Source: Thermodesulfobacteriota bacterium
Lineage (GTDB): Bacteria > Desulfobacterota_D > UBA1144 > Nemesobacterales > UBA2774
DNA length: 64,000 nt
Direction of reading: 5' to 3'
Assembly (NCBI GenBank): GCA_965223335.1
Contig: OZ244991.1
Location: 1,344,001-1,408,000, forward strand
Shown here: piece after piece, positions 1 to 12,235 of the stretch
How the letters are laid out: the number at the start of each line of letters is the position of its first letter
Numbering within the stretch: the first letter of the stretch is position 1
Translations under genes and position numbers: made by a program
The notes under the pieces: generated by a model
Databases searched by the model: none
What the model saw: only the letters and a program-made list of their open reading frames with translations
What the model was told of the DNA's origin: nothing

Positions 1-912
1 TTCGCGTGAATATGTCTCGAGGCGGTTCTTTAGCAATAGTGCCATCCTACCTCTAATATCCTCTAGCTCAGACACGAGCTCTCTTTTTTCCCTTACAGCG
101 ATCTCTGAGGCAGCAGACGGGGTAGGTGCACGTACGTCTGCTACAAGATCCGCAACTGTTATATCAATCTCGTGCCCAACGGCCGAGATCACAGGTACCG
201 GTGACCTTGCTATGGTCCTAGCCAGGGCCTCGTCGTTAAAGCACCAGAGGTCTTCTTTGGACCCGCCCCCTCGAGCGAGGATAATAAGATCGATCTCTGT
301 TGCGGCGTAGAGCTTCTCAAGTGCTCGGATAATATCCGCTGCGGCTTGGTCCCCCTGGACCCTGGCCGGGGATATAAGAATCTCGAGGTTTGGAAACCTG
401 CGCCCGAGGATTTGCAGTATGTCTCTGAGTGCGGCCCCGGTAGGGGAGGTTACGATACCTATTTTGCGTGGTAAAAAGGGCAGCTCTCTTTTTCTGGCTA
501 CGTCGAACAGGCCCTCTTTTAGCAGCTTTTCTTTAAGTTGCTCTAGCGCAAGGGCGTCAGCCCCAACTCCCTTGGGTTCCATGGAGCGCACAGTTATCTG
601 GTATATGCCGCTTTTCTCATATACCCCTATCTGCCCCGTGCAGATCACCTCCATGCCATCCTCCGGTAAAAATTTTATGCCCTGGTTAGCCCATTTAAAA
701 CAGACAGCGGAGAGCTGGGAATTGGCGTCTTTTAATGAAAAATACCAATGACCGCTCGAGTAGTTGCCCCTGAAGTTAGAGACCTCTCCCGCTACCCATA
801 CATATTCGAACCCGATCTCTTGCTCAATCGTATCCTTTATACGCTCTGTGATCTCAGAGACTGTATAGATATGGCCGGTGAGCAGGTCGTCTAGGGAAGG
901 TTGTTTCTCCAC
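1..912 (-). CDS. xseA: Exodeoxyribonuclease VII large subunit (3' end runs off the window)
   Basis: Not in the ORF track. Manual minus-strand translation from GTG at 912 gives MEKQPSLDDLLTGHIYTVSEITERIK...VWVAGEVSNFRGNYSSGHWYFSLKD, then GIVTSPTGAALRD and ARGGGSKEDLWCFNDE, all XseA motifs. Confidence 0.95.
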   Translation of the reverse strand, partial: MEKQPSLDDLLTGHIYTVSEITERIKDTIEQEIGFEYVWVAGEVSNFRGNYSSGHWYFSLKDANSQLSAVCFKWANQGIKFLPEDGMEVICTGQIGVYEKSGIYQITVRSMEPKGVGADALALEQLKEKLLKEGLFDVARKRELPFLPRKIGIVTSPTGAALRDILQILGRRFPNLEILISPARVQGDQAAADIIRALEKLYAATEIDLIILARGGGSKEDLWCFNDEALARTIARSPVPVISAVGHEIDITVADLVADVRAPTPSAASEIAVREKRELVSELEDIRGRMALLLKNRLETYSRE

Positions 913-986
913 TCTCTGAATTATTTGGAATTACACCAGTGTAGTCAAGTATCGGTTGCAATATGGAGTTGAATTGCTGGATTGTA

Positions 987-1484
987 TTAATCTAAGAGTT
1001 TGGGGTTTGAGCTCGTAATATAATCAATAATTACAGGGTCTAATGTCGTATTGCGCAACGAAAGCGCTTTTATAAGCTGATCGCCTTTTAGTTTTTTTGC
1101 CCCGCTTAGGTCTGCATTCTCAAGGTCTGCACTGTCTAGGTTAGCTAATATCATTGTAGCCTCTTTAAGCACGGCACCACGCAAAACGGCACCCCGGAGG
1201 TGTGACCCCTCCATGTTTGCCCCGTCCAACCGCGCATTGTTGAGTGTCGCACCCTCGAGGTTGGTTCCATAGAGGTTGCTTTCACTTAGGTCTGCGCCGC
1301 TTAAATTGCTGTTTTTACAAAAGGCGAGCTTTAGGTTGGCCCCCGCCAGGTTTATGCCCCTTAGGTCCGAGTCGGTCAGACTTGCCCACGAGAGGTCAGG
1401 GTCAATATCGGGGTTCTGCTCCCGCCATTGGTTCCATACCTCTACGCCGCTTTTCAATATTTTTATATGATCGGGATTGGCCAT
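987..1484 (-). CDS. Pentapeptide repeat protein
   Basis: Continuous A(D/N)Lxx-type repeats (ADLSE SNLYG TNLEG ATLNN ARLDG ANMEG); N-terminal MANPDHIKILKSGVEVWNQWR cap. Confidence 0.92.
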   Translation of the reverse strand: MANPDHIKILKSGVEVWNQWREQNPDIDPDLSWASLTDSDLRGINLAGANLKLAFCKNSNLSGADLSESNLYGTNLEGATLNNARLDGANMEGSHLRGAVLRGAVLKEATMILANLDSADLENADLSGAKKLKGDQLIKALSLRNTTLDPVIIDYITSSNPKLLD

Positions 1485-1505
1485 GGATGAGGAGTATTTT
1501 CTGTG

Positions 1506-1688
1506 CTATTGTGCAAATATTTTCAATGCCGAATACATGATATAGAGCGCCATGAGCAATAGAATTATTCGCCTCAGGACCCCGCGCACCCCACCTACCC
1601 TAACTCCCATCTCTTCACCGCAGTTGGGGCAGGTATCGGTCTTAATGCTTATCTCATAACCACATTCGTTGCATTTGGATACTTTCAT
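1506..1688 (-). CDS. Small zinc-ribbon protein with C-terminal membrane anchor
   Basis: CNEC-x10-CPNCG followed by a hydrophobic helix; starts 5 nt after the thyX stop. Confidence 0.75.
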   Translation of the reverse strand: MKVSKCNECGYEISIKTDTCPNCGEEMGVRVGGVRGVLRRIILLLMALYIMYSALKIFAQ

Positions 1689-1693
1689 CGCTA

Positions 1694-3172
1694 TTAACTC
1701 ACTCTCTTTAATGCGGGCCCGGTCAGGTTGGGATGGTGTTTCTCTATCTCATCAGTGAGTGTGGCTATCACGGCTTTTATATCCCACTGTGCCCCTTCCG
1801 ACATTCTGAGGTTGATCAAATGATATAGCTCCCATAGGTCAAACTTTCCTATGAGTGCTCTATTATGTGCGTTGGTCACCACATAGCTCGCCACCTGCGG
1901 CATGTTTTCGTTTAATAGGGCCTGATAGAGGCTCTCGCTTAACCCCACAGCCTCTTGGAGCAGGTCTTCCACACCCGCTTCTTTAATGTTGGGCGGGACG
2001 GTTATGCCGTTATGGATATCGGGCTCTTTATAGATCCAGTTCACCTTGCGATGGCGGAGCAGTTGGTGCCAGCACGCCTCGCTTATTATAAACTCGGCCT
2101 CGTACTCTACATACCTAAATGCGTTTACGGGGTTGTCGTATTTTCCCAGGTCCTGAGTGATCTTTTGGAGCAAGCCGAGTTTTTCATTTAGGTCCATACT
2201 GTTTAATTTGCTCTCGACTGTGGTGTAATTCTGTGTGGAGTGCTCATATACCATGGCGTTTATCATCTTAGACAGTGCATAGTTTTCGGGCTCGTCCCGG
2301 TCTTTGCCTGTCCAATCGATTAATGACACTTGATGACCGTTGCTTTTTTGCCTCGGGGTTCTAGGGTCCTCTTTAAAAATAGATTTAAAAGAGGACCTTG
2401 CTCCCCGCAGGTATGCATTTTCGTCAGCGTATTTAACTAGTGTGGGTACGGAGAACCTGACCTCTTCTTTTATTTCCTCGGCCCTTTGTCTGACTTCGGG
2501 GTAGCTGTTTGAGAGCAGTTTTGTTAGCGAATCTTCTATGGCCCTGGCGTTGCCGGTCATACCCAGGTTGGTAAAGGTCGCCATGCTTAGCACATATCTT
2601 GCGTCCTCAAACGCAACCTTCTCGAGCGCCCTGAAATGAGCCTTCTCGTCTGTGCCGTCCGGTGTGGGAATAACGTTTGTGAGGTATGAGTATAAAGCGT
2701 CGTTAATCTCGGCATATAAATCGTATAACTTGTTGTTAACATCGATATACTCTTTTCTTAGCGCTTCGTTTTCACCTAATTCCGGGGGTATATAAAAGTC
2801 GCCCCTCTTGGGTCTTTGATAGCGCTGGGAGTATTCGGTAAACGATAGGTATTCGTTTGAGAGCTCGAGTACAGACGAAAAGAGTCTCGACACCCTTTCT
2901 ATGCCCACGTGCACTGCAGCGTGTTCCGCAACCGAGGCGTGGCCGTAGTTTAGCACCCATTTCTCGTGGAATTTGCTTGCGCGTTGTTGCCCGAGCTGCT
3001 CTTCCTCAATAACTACACCGATGTTTTCTCTAAAGCTCTTTGGGCTGCGGCTGACATATGCGAATATAACGGCTACAACCTCTTCGGGGATGTTGCTTAC
3101 CGTGTATATATCCCTGTCGGTATTCGATACGTACTGGCTTATGTCATGGGGATGGGCTTTTTCTTTAGCCAT
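1694..3172 (-). CDS. thyX: FAD-dependent thymidylate synthase, tandem two-domain form
   Basis: YGHASVAEH, SFTEYSQRY and EDARYVL in the N-half; QLLRHR and LRMSEGAQWDI in the C-half; about twice the length of single-domain ThyX. Confidence 0.88.
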   Translation of the reverse strand: MAKEKAHPHDISQYVSNTDRDIYTVSNIPEEVVAVIFAYVSRSPKSFRENIGVVIEEEQLGQQRASKFHEKWVLNYGHASVAEHAAVHVGIERVSRLFSSVLELSNEYLSFTEYSQRYQRPKRGDFYIPPELGENEALRKEYIDVNNKLYDLYAEINDALYSYLTNVIPTPDGTDEKAHFRALEKVAFEDARYVLSMATFTNLGMTGNARAIEDSLTKLLSNSYPEVRQRAEEIKEEVRFSVPTLVKYADENAYLRGARSSFKSIFKEDPRTPRQKSNGHQVSLIDWTGKDRDEPENYALSKMINAMVYEHSTQNYTTVESKLNSMDLNEKLGLLQKITQDLGKYDNPVNAFRYVEYEAEFIISEACWHQLLRHRKVNWIYKEPDIHNGITVPPNIKEAGVEDLLQEAVGLSESLYQALLNENMPQVASYVVTNAHNRALIGKFDLWELYHLINLRMSEGAQWDIKAVIATLTDEIEKHHPNLTGPALKRVS

Positions 3173-3240
3173 GATTACTCCGTTTGGTTTGTATTACTGC
3201 TTTGCTCGGTGCACGGTTGTTTCTAGTTCGTAGGACCGTG

Positions 3241-3993
3241 CTATGTAACAGTGATACCCTCTTTTACCTTTTTTGCAATATGGGGGAGCACTAAACTCGG
3301 TTTTCCGTAAATCACTGCGTCAACGTAATCGTCTGCATCGCTTGGTTTTTCGCTGATTATAACTACCTTGCATTCGTTCTCTTTGGCCAAAAAAGGGAAA
3401 GAGGCAACGGGCTCTGCATCCAGTGTAGCACCCACAACCAAAAACAGATCGCTGTGGTGAAGCCGTATCCACGCCTCCCTTACCTCCCAGTGGGGTAGCG
3501 GCTGGCCGGGGAACGATATTGGGGGTTTTAGTTGGTCGCCACCGCACTCTCTGCACTCGGGGACCTCTATGCCCGAGTCGAGCAGGTCTAAAATCTCGTT
3601 CATTGAATAGTCTTTTCCGCAGTTCGTGCATGTGACCCATTGCAGGCTGCTATGAAGCTCTATTACATTTGTGCTCCCTGCTTTATGGTGAAGGCCGTCG
3701 GTGGTTTGAGTAAAGATGCAGTCTAAGTTCCCAAGCAACTCGAGCTCAACGAGTGCCTGGTGGGCCAGACTGGGTTCGGCCTGGGCAAGTACGGGGTAGG
3801 TGTCGCGAATCTTGCTCCAATAGGCGGCTTTTATGTTTCGGTCCTCGCGAAAATCCCTTATGTGGGGGTTTAATCTAGGGTCTGAGAAATCGGGTAGTCC
3901 CGATTCGGCAGAGAGTTCGGGACCGGTGAGTACCACCATCTTTTGTGCGTTTTGAATCCACTCCACAACAATGTCGACGACATCGACTTCCAT
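3241..3993 (-). CDS. Sir2/CobB-family protein with degenerate NAD-binding motifs
   Basis: VLTGPELSAESGLPDF, TQTTDGLHHKAGS, ELHSS, two CxxC zinc ligand pairs, QLKPPISFPGQPLP. Confidence 0.88.
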   Translation of the reverse strand: MEVDVVDIVVEWIQNAQKMVVLTGPELSAESGLPDFSDPRLNPHIRDFREDRNIKAAYWSKIRDTYPVLAQAEPSLAHQALVELELLGNLDCIFTQTTDGLHHKAGSTNVIELHSSLQWVTCTNCGKDYSMNEILDLLDSGIEVPECRECGGDQLKPPISFPGQPLPHWEVREAWIRLHHSDLFLVVGATLDAEPVASFPFLAKENECKVVIISEKPSDADDYVDAVIYGKPSLVLPHIAKKVKEGITVT

Positions 3994-4102
3994 AAGTTAG
4001 GATTATACAATCATGTGCTAAAATCTGTCAACGAAGCGCAGTTTGCAATGAGAGGTTTTATATTTTGCCGCATTTGCATATATATTATTTGATACCAACG
4101 AT

Positions 4103-4444
4103 ATGAAGCATAGACCTCAAGAGATTACGGAGTTCAGCGATAGTGCACTCGAGATCCTATGGGATGATGGGCATAACAGTATCTATCTGTACGAAGACCT
4201 GCGCCAGGAGTGTCCGTGTGCAACATGCAGGAGTCTTAGGAAAAATAGCAAGAGCGGGAAGCTGCCTTTCAAAAAGAAAATCCCTCTAAACACCAATTCA
4301 CCTAGCATTAAACCCCTAGGCATAGAGCAGGTAGGGCACTATGCGGTGAAATTCAGGTGGAGCGACCGACACGACACAGGCATATACACCTACGATATGT
4401 TGAGGGGGCTTTGTACCTGTGAGGATTGCTCCCGGGATCGCTGA
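4103..4444 (+). CDS. DUF971 / gamma-butyrobetaine hydroxylase N-terminal-like protein
   Basis: LEILWDDGH, LRQECPCATC and VGHYAVKFRWSDRHDTGIYTY motifs. Confidence 0.88.
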   Translation: MKHRPQEITEFSDSALEILWDDGHNSIYLYEDLRQECPCATCRSLRKNSKSGKLPFKKKIPLNTNSPSIKPLGIEQVGHYAVKFRWSDRHDTGIYTYDMLRGLCTCEDCSRDR

Positions 4445-5182
4445 TTACTCTATTTCGTAAACAATATTTACATTTGCCGAGAGTTTAATATCCCCTGGCT
4501 CAATGGGTGTGGGTGCAGCCTCGGCGTAGTCCATAGACTGGCTCCTTACAACATGACCGTACATAGGCTGTGGGCTGTCGTAATGGGGTGTGATGCGAAG
4601 CACGTTTGTTATAGTTGCACCGTTTGCAGCAGCCACGATGTCGGCTGTACTTCTAGCGTCTTTCACCGCCTTCTCAAGGGCCTCTTTCTTATATTCGCTC
4701 CGTTTATCGGTGTCGAAGTAGATCCCGTCTACATTATTGGCCCCTGAGTTTACCGCGGCATCTATAAGGCCCCCGACCCCTTTTAGGTCCTTGGTCTCAA
4801 TCGTAACCCGGTTTGTGACACGATACCCTTTTAATTCCGATTCCTGACTCACTTTGTTGTATTCATGGACGGGGCTTAGGTTATAGCCGCTTGTGTAAAT
4901 CTTATCGTCTTCACCCAGTGCTTCCTTCATTTTATTTATAACAGCTGTGGTGAGCTCGGCATTGCTCGTAACGGCCTCGGTAGCTGTGGGCTTTGTGGTC
5001 ATTACTGACATCGAGATTACTGCTTTGTTGGGTTTGGCATCTACAATGCCCCTGCCGTTTGCAACAATCACCTTTTTTTCGTAAGTGTCGGTTTGAGCAA
5101 GCCCAAGGGGGATACTCGTTAACAGCAGTAAAACAGCAAGTGCGGGAATCTGAAGATAGTTCATATTGTTACACCTCTTCAT
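4445..5182 (-). CDS. SIMPL-domain (DUF541, YggE-like) periplasmic protein
   Basis: Signal peptide; GYRVTNRVTI, IDAAVNSGANNVDGI and PIEPGDIKLSANVNIVY motifs. Confidence 0.9.
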   Translation of the reverse strand: MKRCNNMNYLQIPALAVLLLLTSIPLGLAQTDTYEKKVIVANGRGIVDAKPNKAVISMSVMTTKPTATEAVTSNAELTTAVINKMKEALGEDDKIYTSGYNLSPVHEYNKVSQESELKGYRVTNRVTIETKDLKGVGGLIDAAVNSGANNVDGIYFDTDKRSEYKKEALEKAVKDARSTADIVAAANGATITNVLRITPHYDSPQPMYGHVVRSQSMDYAEAAPTPIEPGDIKLSANVNIVYEIE

Positions 5183-5329
5183 TTTTTCTAGTTAAAACAC
5201 TTAGTTAAGTATTATAACTTATGATTTTCAATCATTTGCATGAAATGTTTAAATCTTCGGTTTAAGGCATAATTTGAGGTGTGGTCCCGACGCAGTTGCA
5301 GTATTGTTTAGTGTTAATCCCGGAGGGTT

Positions 5330-5358
5330 TGACAGCCCCGATATTTCAGGTTAAATAC
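5330..5358 (+). promoter_or_regulatory. Putative sigma70 promoter of the antiporter-atp operon
   Basis: TTGACA-17 nt-TAAATA about 40 nt before the ATG at 5401. Confidence 0.45.
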
Positions 5359-5400
5359 TTACGATTTTTAGATTTTCTATCCCGAGGATTCACATCATAA

Positions 5401-6672
5401 ATGAGTGTTGAAGAAGTGGGTCATTACCCCGTAGAGAAGTTTTTTATTGCACTTGCACTTATATTAATTGCTTCTAAATTATTCGGGGAACTCGCAGAAC
5501 GTATAAAACAACCCTCGGTGTTGGGGGAGTTGATAGCAGGCGTTGTCCTGGGCGGCAGCGTGCTGGCCATAGTGCCCTCTGTGGCCGGGGTGCCCGGATA
5601 TGATTTCTTTCATCTGCTGGCAGAGGTCGGGGTGGCGATCCTGCTCTTTGAGATAGGGCTTGAGACCGATTTGGATGATCTCATTAGAGTAGGGGTTACA
5701 TCAACTATGGTTGCGATTGTGGGTGTTGTGGCCCCGTTTGTTCTGGGTGTAGCCAGTGTGCTAGGCTTTCATAAGTTTGGGATGCTGGGCAACATGGATC
5801 CCACTATGGTCACACTTGTAGCTATCACGGCGGGTGCGACCTTAACTGCTACGAGTGTGGGTATCACGGCACGTGTGCTCTCGGACATGAACAGGCTTCA
5901 GAGTGGAGAGGCCCGCATAATACTCGGTGCAGCTGTGATAGATGACATACTGGGTCTTATTATACTCGGTGTGGTAAGTGGTCTAATAGAGTCGAGTAAA
6001 GCCGGTGACGCAGCTATATCGCTTGCTACAGTCGGAATTATCACCGGGAAAGCCTTCGGATTCTTAATTATTGCAGTTATAATAGGGAACCTCACGTCGA
6101 GGAGGTTGTTTGATTTAGTCGACAGGATGCGTGTGAGGGGAGTGCTGCTTTTGTTTGCAGTCTCGTTTTCGCTTATTTTTGCGTATCTTGCCAGTATGGT
6201 TGGTCTTGCCCCGATTGTTGGGGCCTTTGCGGCTGGGTTGGTGTTGGCCAAGACGAATCAGTTTAAATCCATAGAAGAACGATTAAAGCCCGTATCGGAT
6301 GTGTTTACTCCGATCTTTTTTATAATGGTAGGGGCTGCGGTGGACGTGCGAGTGTTTAATCCGTTTAAAGAAGAGAACATACCCATATTGCTAATTGCAT
6401 TGATACTGTTTGTAGTGGCGGTAATCGGAAAGTTTATAAGCGGCTGGGCGGTGTTGGTAAAGGGGATAAAGAAAAAGGTTATAGGGATCGGTATGATACC
6501 CCGGGGAGAGGTGGGACTTATCTTTGCCCAAGTGGGGCTAACATATGGGGTTTTTTCGTCGGAGCTCTTTTCAGCCGTTACAGTCATGGTTATGCTTACC
6601 ACTTTCATTGCTCCCCCATTGCTAAAGATTGCATTCTCGGGGGAATCCGAGATTGTAGAGGATTCTGTGTAG
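5401..6672 (+). CDS. CPA2-family cation:proton antiporter (NapA-like)
   Basis: LLFEIGLE, TATSVGIT, GAAVIDDILG and GMIPRGEVGLI motifs; polytopic hydrophobic protein. Confidence 0.92.
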   Translation: MSVEEVGHYPVEKFFIALALILIASKLFGELAERIKQPSVLGELIAGVVLGGSVLAIVPSVAGVPGYDFFHLLAEVGVAILLFEIGLETDLDDLIRVGVTSTMVAIVGVVAPFVLGVASVLGFHKFGMLGNMDPTMVTLVAITAGATLTATSVGITARVLSDMNRLQSGEARIILGAAVIDDILGLIILGVVSGLIESSKAGDAAISLATVGIITGKAFGFLIIAVIIGNLTSRRLFDLVDRMRVRGVLLLFAVSFSLIFAYLASMVGLAPIVGAFAAGLVLAKTNQFKSIEERLKPVSDVFTPIFFIMVGAAVDVRVFNPFKEENIPILLIALILFVVAVIGKFISGWAVLVKGIKKKVIGIGMIPRGEVGLIFAQVGLTYGVFSSELFSAVTVMVMLTTFIAPPLLKIAFSGESEIVEDSV

Positions 6673-6692
6673 GGTTTTGGATATAGGAGATT

Positions 6693-7217
6693 GTGGAGAT
6701 GATAAAAATGTCTTTTAGAAAACTGTTTGTTTTTAGTTGCCTAGTAGTTGTTTTGACCCATAACGCCTATGCGGCGGATGACCTGCTGAGCGTAAACCTG
6801 CAGGGTCTTTTGATTCAGATGGTGATTTTTATAATTGCCATATTTGTGCTCAACAAATTGGTTTTTCAACCATTCATACAGCTTATAGACAGAAGAGATA
6901 AGCTTACCAAAGGGACTATTAAAGAGGCCGAGGAACTGGAAGAGAAGGTAAAGCAAATAATAGAAGAGTATGATGTGAAGCTCACGGAGGCCAGGGCCGA
7001 GGCACAGGAGGAGCGCAACCTGATAATGAGAGAGGCACAGGTTGCCGCTGACAGCATTGTGGGCAAGGCCAGGGAGGAGTCGGCCTCACTTCTACACGAT
7101 GCAAAGATCAAGCTCGAGGCAGACACCCAAGAGATCAAAAGCAAGATACAAGGCGACATTGATGTGCTTGCAAAGGATATAGCTGCCCGGATATTGGGTA
7201 GGGAGGTAAACGTATGA
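6693..7217 (+). CDS. atpF: ATP synthase F0 subunit b' (start may be 6699 or 6708)
   Basis: One TM helix followed by a charged coiled coil; first of two b-type genes before atpH. Confidence 0.85.
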   Translation: MEMIKMSFRKLFVFSCLVVVLTHNAYAADDLLSVNLQGLLIQMVIFIIAIFVLNKLVFQPFIQLIDRRDKLTKGTIKEAEELEEKVKQIIEEYDVKLTEARAEAQEERNLIMREAQVAADSIVGKAREESASLLHDAKIKLEADTQEIKSKIQGDIDVLAKDIAARILGREVNV

Positions 7218-7768
7218 GCCTATTTGAACTGATCCCAAGCGCCTACGCTGCAGCCGAAGGGGCACAGCACTTTAACTGGTCGTTTGTAATTGAGCACGCG
7301 GCCAACCTTGTTATATTGCTCGGGGTGCTTTTTTATTTCCTAAAAGACCCGGTCAGGGACTTTTTGGTTGAACGAAGGGGGGTAATCAGCAACGAGATTG
7401 ACGAGGCAAAGGCTGCGATAGAGTCGGCTAAGGCCAAGCACGAGGAGTACGCTGCAAAGCTTGCGGGTTTAGAGAACGAAATAAATGAGTTGAAGCAAAC
7501 CATTCGCAACCAGGGGCAAAAGGAGAGAGAAGAGATTATCAAACAGGCTCAGACAACATCAGACATGTTGAGGGAAGAGGCCCGTGAGACAATTGAGCTT
7601 GAGACCGAGAGGGCTAGAAACGAAATCCAGGCAGAGGTTGTAAACAGCTCTATTGCGATAGCGGAAAAAATAATAAAGCAGAACCTGGGTACAGGCGAAA
7701 AAGAGGCGTTTATAAAAGAATTCACAGAAAACATAGAGGTTGAGAAATGGCATCAATCGCAACATTAA
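7214..7768 (+). CDS. atpF: ATP synthase F0 subunit b
   Basis: ANLVILLGVLFYFLKDP TM segment, then a coiled coil; operon position. Confidence 0.87.
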   Translation: MSLFELIPSAYAAAEGAQHFNWSFVIEHAANLVILLGVLFYFLKDPVRDFLVERRGVISNEIDEAKAAIESAKAKHEEYAAKLAGLENEINELKQTIRNQGQKEREEIIKQAQTTSDMLREEARETIELETERARNEIQAEVVNSSIAIAEKIIKQNLGTGEKEAFIKEFTENIEVEKWHQSQH

Positions 7769-8286
7769 GGGACTTGACCGAGGCACTTATAGAGAGTGCT
7801 AAGGATGAAAACAAACTGGATAAGGTCACAGCAGACATAGAGTCGGTCTATGACCTCGTGTCTGCACATGATGAATTAAAGGGTGTGCTTACGTCCACGA
7901 CTTATGAACTCGGGGAGCGGGAAGCTATAGTGTCTGACATAGGGGAAAGAGCCGGGTTGGACAAGCTCACTAAGAACTTTTTAAACATTGTCTTGGAGCT
8001 TGATAAGATCAAGTCGTTTTTAGGATCGAAGCAGTCTATATTGAGAAAATTAAGAAAAGCATCGGGCATCATACGTGCCGAGATCATCACGGCCGAGCAG
8101 CCCACCGATGACGAACTCAACCGTCTTAAGAGCTCAATCTCAAAGCTGGTAGGCAGCGAGGTTCATGTTACTTCAGTCGTTGATCCAACGATAATCGGGG
8201 GCATGATTGCAAAGGTTGAAGATAAGGTGTTCGATGGTAGTATAAAGACCCAGCTGGAACGGATTCGTACAACACTATTGCGTTAA
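7747..8286 (+). CDS. atpH: ATP synthase F1 subunit delta
   Basis: C-terminal [26 protein letters not shown] motif. Confidence 0.92.
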   Translation: MASIATLRDLTEALIESAKDENKLDKVTADIESVYDLVSAHDELKGVLTSTTYELGEREAIVSDIGERAGLDKLTKNFLNIVLELDKIKSFLGSKQSILRKLRKASGIIRAEIITAEQPTDDELNRLKSSISKLVGSEVHVTSVVDPTIIGGMIAKVEDKVFDGSIKTQLERIRTTLLR

Positions 8287-8312
8287 ATCCAGCTTATATA
8301 AAGGAGCAGAGT

Positions 8313-9830
8313 ATGCAGGATACCAAGATTGAAGATATTGGCGAAATATTAAGAAATAGGATCAAGGGCTATGAGACCAAGATCGAGACCTCTGAGGTCG
8401 GCACTGTGATTTCGATAGGTGACGGTATCGCGCGTTCGCATGGGCTCGACCAGGCCATGGCCGGTGAGCTTGTGGAGTTTTCAAGCGGCATTATGGGCCT
8501 TGTGCTTAACCTCGAAGAGGATAATGTGGGTATAGCACTATTTGGTGAGGATACCGAGGTCCAGGAAGGCGACCTCGTAAAGCGTACGGGAAAGATCGCC
8601 GAGGTCCCTGTGGGTGAGGGCCTTAAGGGCCGCGTGGTGAACTCATTGGGCGAGCCCATAGACGGCAAGGGAGAGATCGAGGCCACCGAGTATCGCCAGA
8701 TTGAGCTTAAAGCCCCCGGTGTTGTGTACAGACAGTCGGTAAACGAACCCCTGCAAACGGGAATCAAAGCTATTGACTCTATGATACCTATCGGTAGGGG
8801 GCAGAGAGAGCTCATACTGGGTGACCGTCAGATTGGTAAAACAGCTATTGCTGTGGATACGATTATTAACCAAAAAAACGAAGATGTTTACTGTATATAT
8901 GTGGCTGTGGGCCAAAAACAGTCCACAGTGGCACAGGTGGTGGATAAGCTAAAAGAGCACGGGGCCATGGAGTACACGACCGTGGTGGCTGCTACGGCCA
9001 GTGACCCCGCACCGTTTCAGTTTATCGCACCTTATTCCGGATGTTCGTTCGGCGAGTATTTTCGCGATAACGGCAAACACGCACTCGTGATCTATGACGA
9101 CCTGACAAAACACGCCTGGGCTTACCGCCAGCTCTCGCTGCTGCTAAGGAGGCCCCCGGGACGTGAGGCTTATCCCGGTGACGTGTTTTACCTGCACTCG
9201 AGACTCCTTGAGCGTGCGGCGAAGATGAGGGACGAAGATGGTGGAGGGTCTCTAACAGCGCTTCCTATAATTGAGACTCAGGCCGGTGACGTATCGGCAT
9301 ACATCCCGACCAACGTTATCTCGATCACAGACGGACAGATTTACCTAGAGAGTGATCTCTTTTACTCAGGTGTAAGGCCTGCGATTAATGTCGGTCTATC
9401 GGTATCGAGGGTAGGGGGTTCGGCTCAGATCAAGGCTATGAAAAAAGTAGCAGGTACACTGCGCCTGGAGTTGGCTCAGTACAGGGAGGTAGAGGCTTTC
9501 TCGCAGTTTGCCTCGGACCTGGATAAAGCCACACAGGCCCAGTTAGCCAGGGGAAGCAGACTCGTAGAAGCCCTAAAACAGGGCCAATATGAACCGCTCG
9601 ATGTTGAGAAACAGGTTCTAATCATATACGCGGTTACAAACGGCTATGTGGACGATTACCCGGCGGAGTCTGTAAACAATTACGAAAAGGAACTCTACTC
9701 GTTCTTTGAGTCCAAACACAAAGCACTACTCGATGAAATCAAATCCAAAAAGGAGATCACGGACGAGATGGCGGGTAGCGTGACAGCTGCATTGGACGAA
9801 CTCAAAACCCAGCTAGGAGACTTAAGCTAA
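8313..9830 (+). CDS. atpA: ATP synthase F1 subunit alpha
   Basis: [17 protein letters not shown] and [23 protein letters not shown]. Confidence 0.99.
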   Translation: MQDTKIEDIGEILRNRIKGYETKIETSEVGTVISIGDGIARSHGLDQAMAGELVEFSSGIMGLVLNLEEDNVGIALFGEDTEVQEGDLVKRTGKIAEVPVGEGLKGRVVNSLGEPIDGKGEIEATEYRQIELKAPGVVYRQSVNEPLQTGIKAIDSMIPIGRGQRELILGDRQIGKTAIAVDTIINQKNEDVYCIYVAVGQKQSTVAQVVDKLKEHGAMEYTTVVAATASDPAPFQFIAPYSGCSFGEYFRDNGKHALVIYDDLTKHAWAYRQLSLLLRRPPGREAYPGDVFYLHSRLLERAAKMRDEDGGGSLTALPIIETQAGDVSAYIPTNVISITDGQIYLESDLFYSGVRPAINVGLSVSRVGGSAQIKAMKKVAGTLRLELAQYREVEAFSQFASDLDKATQAQLARGSRLVEALKQGQYEPLDVEKQVLIIYAVTNGYVDDYPAESVNNYEKELYSFFESKHKALLDEIKSKKEITDEMAGSVTAALDELKTQLGDLS

Positions 9831-9850
9831 TACTAAGAGAATAGTTAACT

Positions 9851-12152
<2,302 letters not shown>

Positions 12153-12169
12153 AACAAAAAATAATTCTA

Positions 12170-12200
12170 GGCAGCCTGTTAATCTAGGGGCTGCCGCTTT
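12170..12200 (+). terminator. GC-rich hairpin between atpD and atpC (weak terminator or mRNA stabiliser)
   Basis: GGCAGCC (12170-76) and GGCTGCC (12189-95), followed by GCTTT. Confidence 0.45.
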
Positions 12201-12235
12201 CAATTGTTTGTAAAAGGTACTAGGAGGCACTAAAA

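Noticed and set aside
987..3993. Sir2 plus pentapeptide genes as an anti-phage (Thoeris/DSR-like) system
   Set aside because: The Sir2 protein is the short zinc-finger CobB type; there is no TIR, Macro, HerA or Argonaute partner, and the context is housekeeping
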